From positions 746 through 64,745 of the forward strand of contig DLLG01000020.1 in assembly GCA_002479075.1 (NCBI GenBank): a DNA stretch of 64,000 nt, in the 5' to 3' direction. Positions 1 to 9,643 of the stretch are shown here, one piece after another. The notes under the pieces are model-generated. The model did not search any database, had not been told where the DNA came from, and saw only the letters and a list, made by a program, of their open reading frames with translations. Source of the stretch: Clostridiales bacterium UBA7568 (GTDB lineage: Bacteria; Bacillota; Clostridia; Oscillospirales; CAG-272). The translations under genes and the position numbers were made by a program. Every line of letters starts with the position of its first letter. The stretch's first letter is position 1.

Positions 1-133
1 CGCTGCTGCCGGTTGTTGTAGTTTTGCCGCCATTTGTTGTCGTAACATCGGGGTTACCGCCGCACGCAACAGCGAGCATAACAACGCCTGCAAGCATTGC
101 AACAGCCAAGAGAAGTGTGATAATTCTCTTCAT
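1..133 (-). CDS. Lipoprotein-like protein, N-terminal fragment; the gene runs off the left window edge
   Basis: Reverse-strand ATG at 133-131 with GGAGAT SD at 138-143. Translates to MKRIITLLLAVAMLAGVVMLAVACGGNPDVTTTNGGKTTTTGSS: signal peptide, Cys, then a Thr-rich tract. This is the same architecture as the next two genes. Confidence 0.7.
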   Translation of the reverse strand, partial: MKRIITLLLAVAMLAGVVMLAVACGGNPDVTTTNGGKTTTTGSS

Positions 134-207
134 AATTATCTCCTTTTTAAAATTTTTATCGCCCAAACAAGCAAGTCGCCGCTTATTTTTGATAGAGCGT
201 TTATTAT

Positions 208-236
208 ATTTTATCATTTTGCCTTTTCCGTGTCAA
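208..236 (-). promoter_or_regulatory. Sigma-A-type promoter for the partial lipoprotein gene
   Basis: Reverse strand TTGACA (236-231), 17-nt spacer, TAAAAT (213-208). Confidence 0.55.
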
Positions 237-310
237 CGGCATCGCCCGTTAAACCCTTGTACATATACAGCCTCTTTTTGTATTTTTCAGCTATTCCGCA
301 TTTTGGGGAT

Positions 311-343
311 GAAAAAAACGGCAGAACCTGCGTTCTGCCGTTT
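311..343 (-). terminator. Intrinsic terminator of lipoprotein gene 362..1420
   Basis: 12-bp stem 316-327/332-343 with a 4-nt loop. The A-run at 312-318 is a U-run on the reverse strand. Confidence 0.7.
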
Positions 344-361
344 CATCTGAAATAAATTCAA

Positions 362-1420
362 TTATTTCGCTGCAAGCTCCATCTTGGACTTGATAGCTTC
401 GAGCTGCTCGATTGTCGAGCCGAAGAAGATATAGTCAACTTCAACAGTTGCGCCCTTCTTGATGTTTGCACGAGAGTCGCACCAAGAGGGAGCTCTGCTG
501 TGATACTTTTCAGCGCCGAGGAGGTTGAACTTGAGACCGCCGCAAGGACCGCCGACTGTTGACCAGTTGAGGCCGTTGTATGCGTTTGTAGGTCCGTAAA
601 GCTCTACCCACTGTGTAAAGGAAGTAGCTACGCCAACGTTTGTGTTGTCGTTTCTGCCTGCGCCGTAAGCCCAAGAAGAAACCTGGCAGCACTTGCCAAC
701 GTCATAGTAATAAACTGCCCATTCATCGGAGGGCGTGCAAGTGAGCTTGTCGTCTCCGCCCTGCATATACATATTGCTTACGCAGAACGTTGTTCCGAAG
801 GAACCGTTGTTACCGATATAACCAAAGCTGATCATATTGTTTGCCGTATTGTTCTTTATACGGATCTTCATATACTGATGCTTGCCTTCCCAGGATGCGG
901 GGTTGCCAACATATGTCGTGTTAACGGGGTATCTTGCCCAAGTGCCCCAGCCGGGAACGAGATCTTCATAATCAAGCTCAACTATCTTAGCAAAAGCGAT
1001 AGCGTAGCCGTCGGAAGCGTCATCTGTCGCATAGTCCTTGTTAGCTGTGATCTTCCAGGAGTCTTCAAGGAATTCAACTGTGATGAGGTCCTTGTTGTAG
1101 GAAAGAGCGTTAACAAGCCATTCGTGAGATGTCTGACCTTCAGCCTGAGCCATCGTGTCCGTACCGAAGTCAAAACGGAGGAATGCAGGAAGAGTCGTTG
1201 TCTGAATCTGTACTGCCTCTGTTGTTGTTTCGGAAGCGGTTGTTGTAGCTTCGGTTGTTGTCGTAGTCGTAGTTGTGGATGCTTCGGTTGTCGTCGATGT
1301 GGTTGTTGCGGGTGCGGGAGCCTCTGTTGTCGTTGTGTCGGGATTCTTACCGCAACCAACAAGGCCTATAACACCGATCACCATAACAACGGCAATCATA
1401 AGCGCAATAAACTTTTTCAT
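362..1420 (-). CDS. Secreted lipoprotein with Thr-rich linker and a Cys-containing C-terminal domain of unknown function (paralogue A)
   Basis: N-terminus MKKFIALMIAVVMVIGVIGLVGCGK contains the lipobox L-V-G-C. A Thr/Ala/Glu-rich linker of about 50 aa follows. The C-terminal domain of about 270 aa aligns with the 1748..2887 product (FGTDT, QTSHEWL, VEFLEDSWKI, WEGKHQYMKIRIKN, NNMISFG, WCDSRANIK, DYI.FGST.EQLE). Confidence 0.8.
   Translation of the reverse strand: MKKFIALMIAVVMVIGVIGLVGCGKNPDTTTTEAPAPATTTSTTTEASTTTTTTTTEATTTASETTTEAVQIQTTTLPAFLRFDFGTDTMAQAEGQTSHEWLVNALSYNKDLITVEFLEDSWKITANKDYATDDASDGYAIAFAKIVELDYEDLVPGWGTWARYPVNTTYVGNPASWEGKHQYMKIRIKNNTANNMISFGYIGNNGSFGTTFCVSNMYMQGGDDKLTCTPSDEWAVYYYDVGKCCQVSSWAYGAGRNDNTNVGVATSFTQWVELYGPTNAYNGLNWSTVGGPCGGLKFNLLGAEKYHSRAPSWCDSRANIKKGATVEVDYIFFGSTIEQLEAIKSKMELAAK
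1193..1345 (-). repeat. Low-complexity Thr-codon tract (linker of paralogue A)
   Basis: Plus strand reads as GTNGTNGTT-type periodic DNA and encodes TTTTEAPAPATTTSTTTEASTTTTTTTTEATTTASETTTE. Confidence 0.8.
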
Positions 1421-1470
1421 TGTTTATCTCCTTATATTATTATTTTTTGCGGTCTCCCGCATTACTTATA

Positions 1471-1499
1471 ATTATATCATTGTTTATATATTCTGTCAA
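1471..1499 (-). promoter_or_regulatory. Sigma-A-type promoter for 362..1420
   Basis: Reverse strand TTGACA (1499-1494), 17 nt, TATAAT (1476-1471). Confidence 0.6.
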
Positions 1500-1701
1500 T
1501 CCGAAAGAGGAAATACTTTAATTTTTTGAGCATTTTATCCTAATTTTCGGCTTGTTTTTTGTCAAAATTCACCTTTCGCCGCTTCCTTTTTCAGGACCCG
1601 GAAGTTCGGAAAAACGGATTTTCGAAGGCTGTTGAAAATGTCGCGGGGTCTGATTATAATTTTGTCTGAAAATGCGTTTTTTTATACATCCGTTTTTTCG
1701 C

Positions 1702-1733
1702 AAAAAAACAACGCCCCGAAAGGCGTTGTTTTA
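1702..1733 (-). terminator. Intrinsic terminator of lipoprotein gene 1748..2887
   Basis: Stem aacaacgcc/ggcgttgtt (1707-1715/1722-1730), flanked by A-run and T-run. Confidence 0.7.
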
Positions 1734-1747
1734 TATAATCTATCAGA

Positions 1748-2887
1748 TTACTTTGTTGCTGCGAGCTCCATCTTGGACTTGTAAGTCTCGAGCTGTTCAA
1801 CTGTAGAACCGAATACGATGTAGTCGATTTCTATGCAGTTACCTCTCTTGATGTTTGCACGAGAATCGCACCAGAGACCTGTTGTTTCAGCTCTGGAACC
1901 GATATAATATGCTGCACCGAGGAGGTTGAACTTGATACCTGCAACGCTGCCTGTACCTGCGTTTGTCCAGTTAAGACCGTTGCTACCGCCTGTCTGAGCG
2001 TTTCTCTTGAGCCATTCAGAATAGGACTTGCAATTGTCAGAGTCACGACCTGCGCCGTAAGACCAAGAGCAAGCCTGGCAGCACATAGGAACGTCATAGT
2101 AATAAACTTTCCATTCGTTGCTTACTTCTTTTGCAACTGTGTCAGCGGATCCGCCTTCGCCCATACCGCCCTGGAGATACATATTGCTTACGTTTGTCGT
2201 TGTTCCGAAGGAACCGTTGCACTTGAAGCCGAAGCTGATCATATTGTTGAGAGTCATATTCTTGATACGAATCTTCATATACTGGTGCTTGCCTTCCCAG
2301 CTCTTGCCGACGTTACCAGTCTGAGAGGGATAACGAGTCCAAGTACCCCAACCTGCTACGAGATCGTCATAATCGAGGTCGATAAGGTTTTCGAATGTGA
2401 TCGCATAAGCGTCTGCGTGAGTCTCGCCCTTAACGTAATCTCTGAGAGCGTAGATCTTCCAAGAGTCTTCAAGGAACTCAACCTTGAGGTAATCTTCGTT
2501 GTATGTAAGGTTGTTCTTGAGCCATTCGTGAGATGTCTGCTTGTCGTCCTGAGCCTTTGTGTCTGTACCGAAGTCAAAACGAGCGAACATCGGAACGGTC
2601 GTTGTAACCATTTCTGTTGTGGTTGTTGTGCCTTCCGTTGTTGTAGTTGTAACGGGAGCAGTTGTAGTTGTTGTAGTTGTAGTTGTTGTAGCCGGTGCAG
2701 TTGTCGTCGTCGTTGTCGTGGTTGTTGTTGTCGTAGTTGTCGTGGTTGCTGCTGTGGTAGTAGTAGTTGTTGTTGTGGTAGTGGCGGGAGCAGTTGTAGT
2801 TGTAACCTTATCCTTACCGCAACCAACAAGACCTATAACACCAAAGACCATTACTGCCACGAGAAGAAGTGACAAAAATTTCTTCAT
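1748..2887 (-). CDS. Secreted lipoprotein with long poly-Thr linker and the same unknown C-terminal domain (paralogue B)
   Basis: MKKFLSLLLVAVMVFGVIGLVGCGK lipobox, a nearly pure Thr linker of about 70 aa, and a C-terminal domain collinear with paralogue A. Confidence 0.8.
   Translation of the reverse strand: MKKFLSLLLVAVMVFGVIGLVGCGKDKVTTTTAPATTTTTTTTTTAATTTTTTTTTTTTTTTTAPATTTTTTTTTTAPVTTTTTEGTTTTTEMVTTTVPMFARFDFGTDTKAQDDKQTSHEWLKNNLTYNEDYLKVEFLEDSWKIYALRDYVKGETHADAYAITFENLIDLDYDDLVAGWGTWTRYPSQTGNVGKSWEGKHQYMKIRIKNMTLNNMISFGFKCNGSFGTTTNVSNMYLQGGMGEGGSADTVAKEVSNEWKVYYYDVPMCCQACSWSYGAGRDSDNCKSYSEWLKRNAQTGGSNGLNWTNAGTGSVAGIKFNLLGAAYYIGSRAETTGLWCDSRANIKRGNCIEIDYIVFGSTVEQLETYKSKMELAATK
2597..2809 (-). 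repeat. Poly-Thr codon tract (linker of paralogue B)
   Basis: Runs of ACN codons. The mirror-frame ORFs in the track are poly-Val or poly-Cys artefacts of this tract. Confidence 0.85.
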
Positions 2888-2971
2888 GAAATAAATCTCC
2901 TTTTAATATATTAAAGAATTTTTACCGCACCGAATATCGTCTGAAAAATACTCGATACTGTGTTTAGTGTT

Positions 2972-3000
2972 ATTTTATCATCTCTTTGCGATTTTGTCAA
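2972..3000 (-). promoter_or_regulatory. Sigma-A-type promoter for 1748..2887
   Basis: Reverse strand TTGACA (3000-2995), 17 nt, TAAAAT (2977-2972). Confidence 0.6.
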
Positions 3001-3260
3001 GTACAATGTTCGAATTGAGTTTAAAAATCGGGCAATATTTTTGAAAAAAATCTGCTTTTTCAGGAATTTTTGACAAAAAAGCTCCGTATTTTGCTCTTCC
3101 TATGAAAAATTTTCCCCTTTCCGCCCCTTCTCATCCCCGCCGGAGAGGGTGTTTTTGTCCGGCGTTTCCTTATTTATTATATTATATTTCCGCCACGGCG
3201 TGAAAATTACTGTTTTTTCAAAGCAAAAGGCGCCGGTTTCCCGACGCCCCTGCGCAGCGT

Positions 3261-3962
3261 TTATTTATCCTCGAAATCAGTTGCGGGATCCTTTTTCGGT
3301 ACGTCGAAAAACGAGACGGGATCTGCGGTTGCTCCGTCCAGCCAGACCTCAAAATGCAGGTGCGGCTCCTCCGAAATCTCCGTAAGCGACGTATCGCCGA
3401 CATAACCGATGGTGTCCCCCGCTTTGACCTTTGCTCCCTGCTTCAGCCCCTCGGGAATCTTTGTCGAGAGGTTCTTATAAACGGTCTTGCAGCCCTCCGA
3501 ATGCGTTATCTCGACGGTCTGCCCCATCATCGGGTCAGCCACGACAAGCGTAACTGTGCCGTCCGCAGAGGCAACGACAGCCGATCCGGCAGCCGCCTCG
3601 ATGTCAATGCCGCCGTGGATACGGTAATCCTCCATAGTCAGCGACCATACGGGAACATCCTTTGAATATTCCTTCAGCATCGTCCCGCCGGAAACGGGGA
3701 TAATCATTTTATCTGGCTTTGCAACTACGGGGTTGTCTCCGGACTTTTCGGTTGTTGTTCCGGAGGGAGCCGTCGTTGTCGTCGCGCGGCTGCCCGTTGT
3801 AGTCACGACTGTTCCGGAAGTTGTCGTCTCACCGGGCTTCGGCTTTGCCTTTTTGGAGGACGAAAATGCGATTACCGTTATCGCGATAGTCGCAGCGAGG
3901 AGAAGAGCGAGAGCGATGGCAAGCCCTCTGTTTAACTGTCTTTTTCTTTGATTTTTATTCAT
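3261..3962 (-). CDS. Membrane-anchored M23 (LytM-type) peptidoglycan metalloendopeptidase
   Basis: N-terminal TM segment (LAIALALLLAATIAITVIAF), a Thr-rich linker, and M23 motifs HGGIDI and HLHFEV. Confidence 0.8.
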   Translation of the reverse strand: MNKNQRKRQLNRGLAIALALLLAATIAITVIAFSSSKKAKPKPGETTTSGTVVTTTGSRATTTTAPSGTTTEKSGDNPVVAKPDKMIIPVSGGTMLKEYSKDVPVWSLTMEDYRIHGGIDIEAAAGSAVVASADGTVTLVVADPMMGQTVEITHSEGCKTVYKNLSTKIPEGLKQGAKVKAGDTIGYVGDTSLTEISEEPHLHFEVWLDGATADPVSFFDVPKKDPATDFEDK

Positions 3963-4131
3963 ATGTTTCGTTCCTTTCGGCCTTTCGGCGATAATTTATG
4001 ACGCTGATATTATCGACCGAAAAATCCTTGCGCTATGCAGATTTTTTCGTTTTATACAAATGTTTTTTCGATTTTATTCGCCTGTATAACAAGCGTTTCT
4101 GCATTTTTCGGGTTTTCAGCGGAAAGGAACG

Positions 4132-4164
4132 CAAAAAATCGCTCCGATTTTGGGTCGGAACGAT
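4132..4164 (-). terminator. Terminator downstream of clpX
   Basis: 10-bp stem (one mismatch) 4138-4147/4155-4164, with a U-run on the reverse strand (plus-strand A-run 4133-4138). Confidence 0.55.
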
Positions 4165-4172
4165 TTTAAATG

Positions 4173-5417
4173 TTATTTTTCATCAAATACAAGCTCGGGT
4201 TTTCCTCCGTCAAGCGTTTCCGCCGTGACGGTCACGGACTTGAGATTTTCCATTGAAGGTATCTCATACATAATCGGAAGCATTATCTCCTCCATTATTG
4301 CGCGGAGGCCTCTTGCGCCCGTGCCTCTTTCAATCGCGCGTTTCGCAATTCCGGAGATTGCGTCGTCCGTAAACACTATATCAACCCCGTCCATTCCGAC
4401 GAGCTTTTTATACTGCTTGAGGATTGCGTTTTTCGGTTCGCGGAGAATTCTCGCAAGCGCAGCTTCGTCAAGCTCCGAGAGACTGACGATGACGGGCAAC
4501 CTGCCGACAAGCTCCGGTATAAGCCCGTATTTTACAATGTCGTGCGCCGTTACGTCGCGGAGAAGTCCGCCCTGCGTCTTTTCGGCTTTGCCCTTTAGCT
4601 CGCTGCCGAAGCCCACGCCGGACGTTCCCTTGCGCTTATCGATAATCTTTTCAAGCCCGTCGAACGCGCCGCCGCAGATGAACAGAATGTTTTCCGTATG
4701 AATCTGGATGAAATCCTGCCCCGGATGCTTTCTTCCTCCCTGCGGGGGAACGTTTGCCGTTGTGCCCTCAAGAATTTTGAGGAGCGCCTGCTGAACGCCC
4801 TCGCCCGAAACGTCACGGGTGATCGAGCGGTTTTCGCTCTTGCGGGAAATCTTATCGATCTCGTCGATATAGATTATTCCCTTTTCCGCAAGCTCAACGT
4901 CATAATCCGCCGCCTGAATGAGACGGAGAAGAATATTTTCAACATCCTCTCCGACATAGCCCGCTTCGGTGAGCGTTGTTGCGTCTGCAATCGCAAAAGG
5001 AACCTTCAGAGTTTTCGCAAGCGTCTGCGCAAGGAATGTCTTGCCGACACCCGTCGGGCCGAGGAGGAGCACGTTGCTCTTCTGAATCTCAACTCCGTCG
5101 TCATCCTTTTCCTTCTGCGATATTCTCTTGTAATGGTTATAGACCGCAACGGAAAGCGCGATCTTTGCCTCGTCCTGCCCGATGACGTATTCGTCAAGGA
5201 CAGCCTTTATCTCCTTCGGCTTCGGAAGGTCGGCAAGCTCTGTAAGCCCGCTTTCGCTTTCGGACGAATGATAATCGGCAATCAGCTGTTCGCAGGCGAA
5301 AACGCAATCGTCGCAGATATAAGCTCCGAGCGGCGACGGAATAAGAAATCCGACCTGATCCTCGCTTCTTCCGCAGAATGAACAGCGGCGGGGCAATGTT
5401 CTTTTGTTGTCAGCCAT
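4173..5417 (-). CDS. clpX: ATP-dependent Clp protease ATP-binding subunit ClpX
   Basis: N-terminal zinc ribbon CSFCG...CDDC, Walker A GPTGVGKT, Walker [10 protein letters not shown]. Sits in the conserved tig-clpP-clpX order. Confidence 0.97.
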   Translation of the reverse strand: MADNKRTLPRRCSFCGRSEDQVGFLIPSPLGAYICDDCVFACEQLIADYHSSESESGLTELADLPKPKEIKAVLDEYVIGQDEAKIALSVAVYNHYKRISQKEKDDDGVEIQKSNVLLLGPTGVGKTFLAQTLAKTLKVPFAIADATTLTEAGYVGEDVENILLRLIQAADYDVELAEKGIIYIDEIDKISRKSENRSITRDVSGEGVQQALLKILEGTTANVPPQGGRKHPGQDFIQIHTENILFICGGAFDGLEKIIDKRKGTSGVGFGSELKGKAEKTQGGLLRDVTAHDIVKYGLIPELVGRLPVIVSLSELDEAALARILREPKNAILKQYKKLVGMDGVDIVFTDDAISGIAKRAIERGTGARGLRAIMEEIMLPIMYEIPSMENLKSVTVTAETLDGGKPELVFDEK

Positions 5418-5433
5418 TGGACTCTTCCTTTCG

Positions 5434-6018
5434 TCAGATGCGCTTGTCGATCACCTTGTCGATAAGTCCGTAAGCCGCAGCTTCGTCTGCGCTGAGGAAA
5501 TTGTCGCGATCGGTGTCGATTTCGATCTGTTCGATCGGCTTGCCCGTCTCGCGCGCAAGAATTTCGTTTATGCGCTGTCTGATTTTTATTATGTGGTCTG
5601 CGTGAATCTTCATATCGCTTGCCTGACCCTGCATTCCGCCGAGCGGCTGATGAATCATAATCTCGCTGTTCGGGAGAGCAAATCTCTTGCCCTTTGCGCC
5701 CGCCGCAAGCAGGAACGCGCCCATACTCGCCGCCATACCGACGCAAATCGTCGATACGTCGCATTTGATATAATTCATCGTATCGAAAATTGCCATACCC
5801 GCGGTAACCGAGCCGCCGGGACTGTTGATATAAAGAGCAATGTCCTTATCCGGATCCTGCGATTCGAGATGCAGAAGCTGCGCCACAACGAGGGACGCCG
5901 TTACGTCGTTTATCTCGTCCGAGAGGAAAACGATTCTGTCGTTGAGCAGGCGGGAATAAATGTCATAAGAGCGTTCCCCCTTGCTCGTCTGTTCTATTAC
6001 ATAAGGTACAAGTGCCAT
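5434..6018 (-). CDS. clpP: ATP-dependent Clp protease proteolytic subunit ClpP
   Basis: [19 protein letters not shown] and [11 protein letters not shown] (catalytic Ser context); 194 aa. Confidence 0.97.
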   Translation of the reverse strand: MALVPYVIEQTSKGERSYDIYSRLLNDRIVFLSDEINDVTASLVVAQLLHLESQDPDKDIALYINSPGGSVTAGMAIFDTMNYIKCDVSTICVGMAASMGAFLLAAGAKGKRFALPNSEIMIHQPLGGMQGQASDMKIHADHIIKIRQRINEILARETGKPIEQIEIDTDRDNFLSADEAAAYGLIDKVIDKRI

Positions 6019-6062
6019 AAAATATCTCCTTTCATTGCCTTCGGCTTTGCGGAGAATTCAGC

Positions 6063-7490
6063 TTATTCCGCGTCGCCTTCGGTCTTGGTTTCTGTTGTTT
6101 TCTTTGTAGACTTTCTTGTTGTCTTTTTTGCCGGCTCCGCCGTTTCGACTGGCTCTGCGCCGTCCTCTGCCGTTTCAGCCTTCTTTGTCTGCTTCTTCGC
6201 AGCGGCTCTCTTCGTCTTTACGTCTGCGTTTGCGCGGACAAGCTCAAGAGCTTCGGCAACTACAACGTCTGCCGCGATGTCCTTTTCGTTTACGGCAGAT
6301 TTGACCTTTTCAATATCAATGCCGTATGCGTCTGCGATCTTCTTGTATTCCGCTTCGATCTTCTCTGCGTCTGCCGTGAGACCTTCGAGCTTTGCGACAG
6401 CTTCAAGAGCGAGACGGATCTTTACGTTCTTTTCAGCCTGCGGACGGAGCTGCGCCTTGAGAGAATCAACCGTTGCGCCCGTGTACTGCATAAACGTCTT
6501 CATATCTATGCCCTGATAACGGAGGCGGTTTTCGTAGTCGCGCAGGCACGCATCGAGTTCTGTTTCGAACATAGCTTCCGGAATCTCGGCTTCGAGATTT
6601 TCGCAGAGAGCGTCGAGAAGCTGCTCGTCGATCTTTGCCTGCTGTGCTTTCTTTGCATTCTCTTCGAGTTTAGCCTTTATGTCTGCCTTGTATTCATCGA
6701 GAGTATCGAATTCGGAAACGTCCTTTACAAACTCGTCGTCAAGAGCGGGAAGCTCGTCGAATTTGATCTCGTGGAGCTTGCATTTGAAAGTTGCGGGCTT
6801 GCCTGCGAGAGTTGTTTCGTGGTAATCTGCGGGGAAGGTAACCTCAACGTCGAACTCATCGCCGATGTTGTGTCCGCAGATCTGATCTTCAAAGCCGGGG
6901 ATGAACTGTCCCGAACCGAGCTTGAGATGATACTTCTCTGCCTTGCCGCCTTCGAACGCCTTACCGTCTGCGAAGCCTTCAAAATCGAACACAACGCAGT
7001 CGCCGTTCTGTGCCGGGCGATCGGTTACGTCAACTTCTCTTGCGTTTCTCTCGCGGACTGTCTGAATTTCGTGATCGACAGCCTCGTCGCCGATTGTAAC
7101 GTTTTCCTTCTCTGCCTTCAGACCCTTGTATGCCTTAAGAGTGCATTCGGGCTTTACGAAAACCTTGACGGTGATGACAACGCCGTCATCATCAAGAGAT
7201 TTGACATCATATTCGGGTGCGGAAACGACTTCGAGAGCGGTCTCCGTAAGAGCGTCCGCATAAGCCTTCGGAACGACCTCGTTCAAAGCATCCTCATAGA
7301 AAACGCCCTTGCCGTACATTTTTTCGATAATTGCTCTGGGAGCCTTGCCTTTTCTGAAGCCGGGAACATTCATCTTTCCGGCGTTTTTCTTGAACGCAGC
7401 GTCGACAGCGGCATCAAATTCCGCGCGGTCTATCTGAATTTCAAGCTCTTTGCAGTTTTTTTCGGCATCGCCGACTTTTAATACTTTCAT
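6063..7490 (-). CDS. tig: Trigger factor with an extended acidic/lysine-rich C-terminal tail
   Basis: PGFRKGKAP ribosome-binding signature and FKBP-type middle domain (GQFIPGFEDQ). Lies upstream of clpP. Confidence 0.93.
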   Translation of the reverse strand: MKVLKVGDAEKNCKELEIQIDRAEFDAAVDAAFKKNAGKMNVPGFRKGKAPRAIIEKMYGKGVFYEDALNEVVPKAYADALTETALEVVSAPEYDVKSLDDDGVVITVKVFVKPECTLKAYKGLKAEKENVTIGDEAVDHEIQTVRERNAREVDVTDRPAQNGDCVVFDFEGFADGKAFEGGKAEKYHLKLGSGQFIPGFEDQICGHNIGDEFDVEVTFPADYHETTLAGKPATFKCKLHEIKFDELPALDDEFVKDVSEFDTLDEYKADIKAKLEENAKKAQQAKIDEQLLDALCENLEAEIPEAMFETELDACLRDYENRLRYQGIDMKTFMQYTGATVDSLKAQLRPQAEKNVKIRLALEAVAKLEGLTADAEKIEAEYKKIADAYGIDIEKVKSAVNEKDIAADVVVAEALELVRANADVKTKRAAAKKQTKKAETAEDGAEPVETAEPAKKTTRKSTKKTTETKTEGDAE

Positions 7491-7549
7491 TTTTATTTCC
7501 TCCGATTTATTTATCTTTTGTCACTTGACATACAAGGTCAATTATATCA

Positions 7550-8317
7550 TTATTTGCTTGCAATGTCAACATTTTTTTGTATCGCAAGCGGGTCAAAGAG
7601 CAAATAATCCGCCGAAACGAGATAAAAATCTATATCGGCATAATTTATTTTTGCGGGAGCGTCATAATTTCCGTGAATATGACCGTAATAGCAACGCCCG
7701 ATACCGCCCCTGTAAAGCTCCATAATTATCTCATCGCACATATATCCCTTGAAGATTGCGGGGAAATGCAAAAATGCAAGAATTTCCTTTTTTTCGCCGC
7801 GTTCAGCCGCCGCGTCGCGCAGTTTTTTCGCCGCGTCGATGCTCATTTTCAGTCGCACGACCTCCCTTGCGATGATCTTTCTGTTGTCCGCTCCTCTCGC
7901 AAGGTTTTCCTTATCGTCGTTATACCAGCCGCGCGAGCCGCAGATGATAAAATCCTCCGTTTCAACGGCGTCATTCTGGAGAAACGTCATCGTTTCGTAG
8001 CCGCAGGAGGAGATGAAGTCACAGAGTTTTTTCTTTGTCTGCCAATAATAATCGTGGTTGCCCTTGAGCATAATTTTCTTTCCGGGAAGCGATTCGATAA
8101 AATCAAAATCCGCTCTCGCCTCCTCCAGTGTCATCGCCCACGATATGTCTCCGGGAATAACGACGGTATCCTCCGCCGTTATCTTTCTTCTCCAGTTTTC
8201 TTCGATTTTTTCGTTATGACCGTTCCATCTCGCGCCGAAAATATCCATCGGCTTTTTGACCGTGCGCGAGAGATGAAGGTCGCCTATTGTATAAAGCAAA
8301 GGCTTCTGCCTCCTCAA
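7550..8317 (-). CDS. Metallophosphoesterase (calcineurin-like phosphoesterase family)
   Basis: Motifs GDLHL, PGDISW, GNHDYYW and GHIHG. Confidence 0.8.
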   Translation of the reverse strand: MRRQKPLLYTIGDLHLSRTVKKPMDIFGARWNGHNEKIEENWRRKITAEDTVVIPGDISWAMTLEEARADFDFIESLPGKKIMLKGNHDYYWQTKKKLCDFISSCGYETMTFLQNDAVETEDFIICGSRGWYNDDKENLARGADNRKIIAREVVRLKMSIDAAKKLRDAAAERGEKKEILAFLHFPAIFKGYMCDEIIMELYRGGIGRCYYGHIHGNYDAPAKINYADIDFYLVSADYLLFDPLAIQKNVDIASK

Positions 8318-8437
8318 AAAATTTGTTTTTCTAAAATTTTGTCGGTTTCAAAACGGCATATTTCCGTCGTCTGCGGGGCAAACTTTGATTGCCTTCAAAA
8401 AGGCAAAACCGTGTTATGAAAGGACATCCCGAAAAGG

Positions 8438-8662
8438 ATGTGTGATATTGCAATGGAATTTGATAGAAAAGATACCCTCGGCAAGGATAAAGCCACCTGC
8501 AAGACCTGCAAAAAGAACGGCGGCGTCTCTTGCGACGTTACAAACTGCGTTTACCACGACGGCGACTGCACCTGCAAGGCAGACAAGATAAATGTCGGAC
8601 CGAGCTATGCAACAAGCTGCACAGACACCGTCTGCGCAACCTTCAAGCAGAAAAATATCTGA
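8438..8662 (+). CDS. Small Cys-rich DUF1540-type protein (start uncertain: 8438 or 8453)
   Basis: CDVTNCVYHDGDCTCKADKINVG plus a second Cys cluster CTDTVCATF, which matches the DUF1540 repeat pattern. Confidence 0.6.
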   Translation: MCDIAMEFDRKDTLGKDKATCKTCKKNGGVSCDVTNCVYHDGDCTCKADKINVGPSYATSCTDTVCATFKQKNI

Positions 8663-8682
8663 ATTTTGCGGCGCAAGCCGCA

Positions 8683-9612
8683 TTACATATATTCTGAAAC
8701 AAACCTCGCCGCGTTGCGGAAAAATATGTCCTCTGCCGTGCCTTTGTCAACCCCTGCCGATAAAACCGCCTCATACAGTCGCGGCATATCGGAAACGTCC
8801 TTTATCTCCTCCGGCGGAGTTGCGCCGTCAAGATCGGCTCCTATGCAGACGCTTTTTTCAAGTCCGATGTCGAGATAGTGCATAATATGACGCACAGCGT
8901 CCGACAGATGCGCCGGGGCCGCACCCGAAAGAAAACCTCCGGCAAGGCAAACGCCGATGATTCCTCCCGCTCCGGAGATCTTTTTTGCGAGCTCATCTGT
9001 TAAATTCCGCCTGTGCGAGGTTATCGCGCGGGCGCTCGAATGACTTGCAATCGCGGGGATTTTACCGCTCTTGCAAAGCTCGATCGTCTCCTCCGCCATC
9101 CTGTCCGAAGCGTGCGAAACGTCAACCGCCATTCCCAGCTCCGAAAGCCTCCGGACGACCCTTCGCCCGAAGTCCGTAAGCCCGTTTTCCGTGTTATGCG
9201 CACCGCCTATATCGCAATCGTCTTTCCAGACAAGCGTGAAAAACCTTGCTCCCGACGCATAAAGCGTATCAAGCCTTGAAATGTCGCCGCAGAGCAGCTT
9301 ACCGCCCTCGATTCCGAGGAAAATCGGGCGTTTGCCCGCGGAAAAAGCGTTTTTCATATCGGCGGACGAGCGACAGAAGCAAAACTGCGGGTTTTCCGCA
9401 AGCTCGTGCATTAAATTATCGTAGATCTTGAAAAAATTATCGTAACATTCCTGCCCCGAAAGGTCGTCCTGCGACCATATATCCATTATCTGCGCGTATT
9501 TTTCAAAGCCGCGAATTTTTTCCGCCGTTATGTGCGTCCCGCCGGACGCAAGCGGCGTTTTTCTTTTGTAAAGCTCAAAAGGGGTATCGCAATGAAGATC
9601 GAAACAGTTCAT
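8683..9612 (-). CDS. Membrane dipeptidase family (peptidase M19) protein
   Basis: N-terminal DLHCDT, VDVSHASD and ASHSSARA...HRRNLTD motifs, typical of renal-dipeptidase-like enzymes. Confidence 0.8.
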   Translation of the reverse strand: MNCFDLHCDTPFELYKRKTPLASGGTHITAEKIRGFEKYAQIMDIWSQDDLSGQECYDNFFKIYDNLMHELAENPQFCFCRSSADMKNAFSAGKRPIFLGIEGGKLLCGDISRLDTLYASGARFFTLVWKDDCDIGGAHNTENGLTDFGRRVVRRLSELGMAVDVSHASDRMAEETIELCKSGKIPAIASHSSARAITSHRRNLTDELAKKISGAGGIIGVCLAGGFLSGAAPAHLSDAVRHIMHYLDIGLEKSVCIGADLDGATPPEEIKDVSDMPRLYEAVLSAGVDKGTAEDIFFRNAARFVSEYM

Positions 9613-9643
9613 TTCAGCCTCCGGAAGTAAGAATGAAAAGCCT

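Noticed and set aside
24-350. 108-aa plus-strand ORF at the left edge.
   Set aside because: It overlaps, in antisense, the signal-peptide-encoding start of a lipoprotein gene plus that gene's promoter, and the neighbouring gene's terminator. It has no SD and its translation is implausible.
2559-2894. Poly-Val (111 aa) and Cys-rich (2285..2872) plus-strand ORFs. The periodic GTTGTNGTA DNA could be mistaken for a tandem repeat or CRISPR-like array.
   Set aside because: These are mirror frames of the poly-Thr linker of the reverse-strand lipoprotein. The periodicity is 3 nt (codon level), with no spacer/repeat structure.
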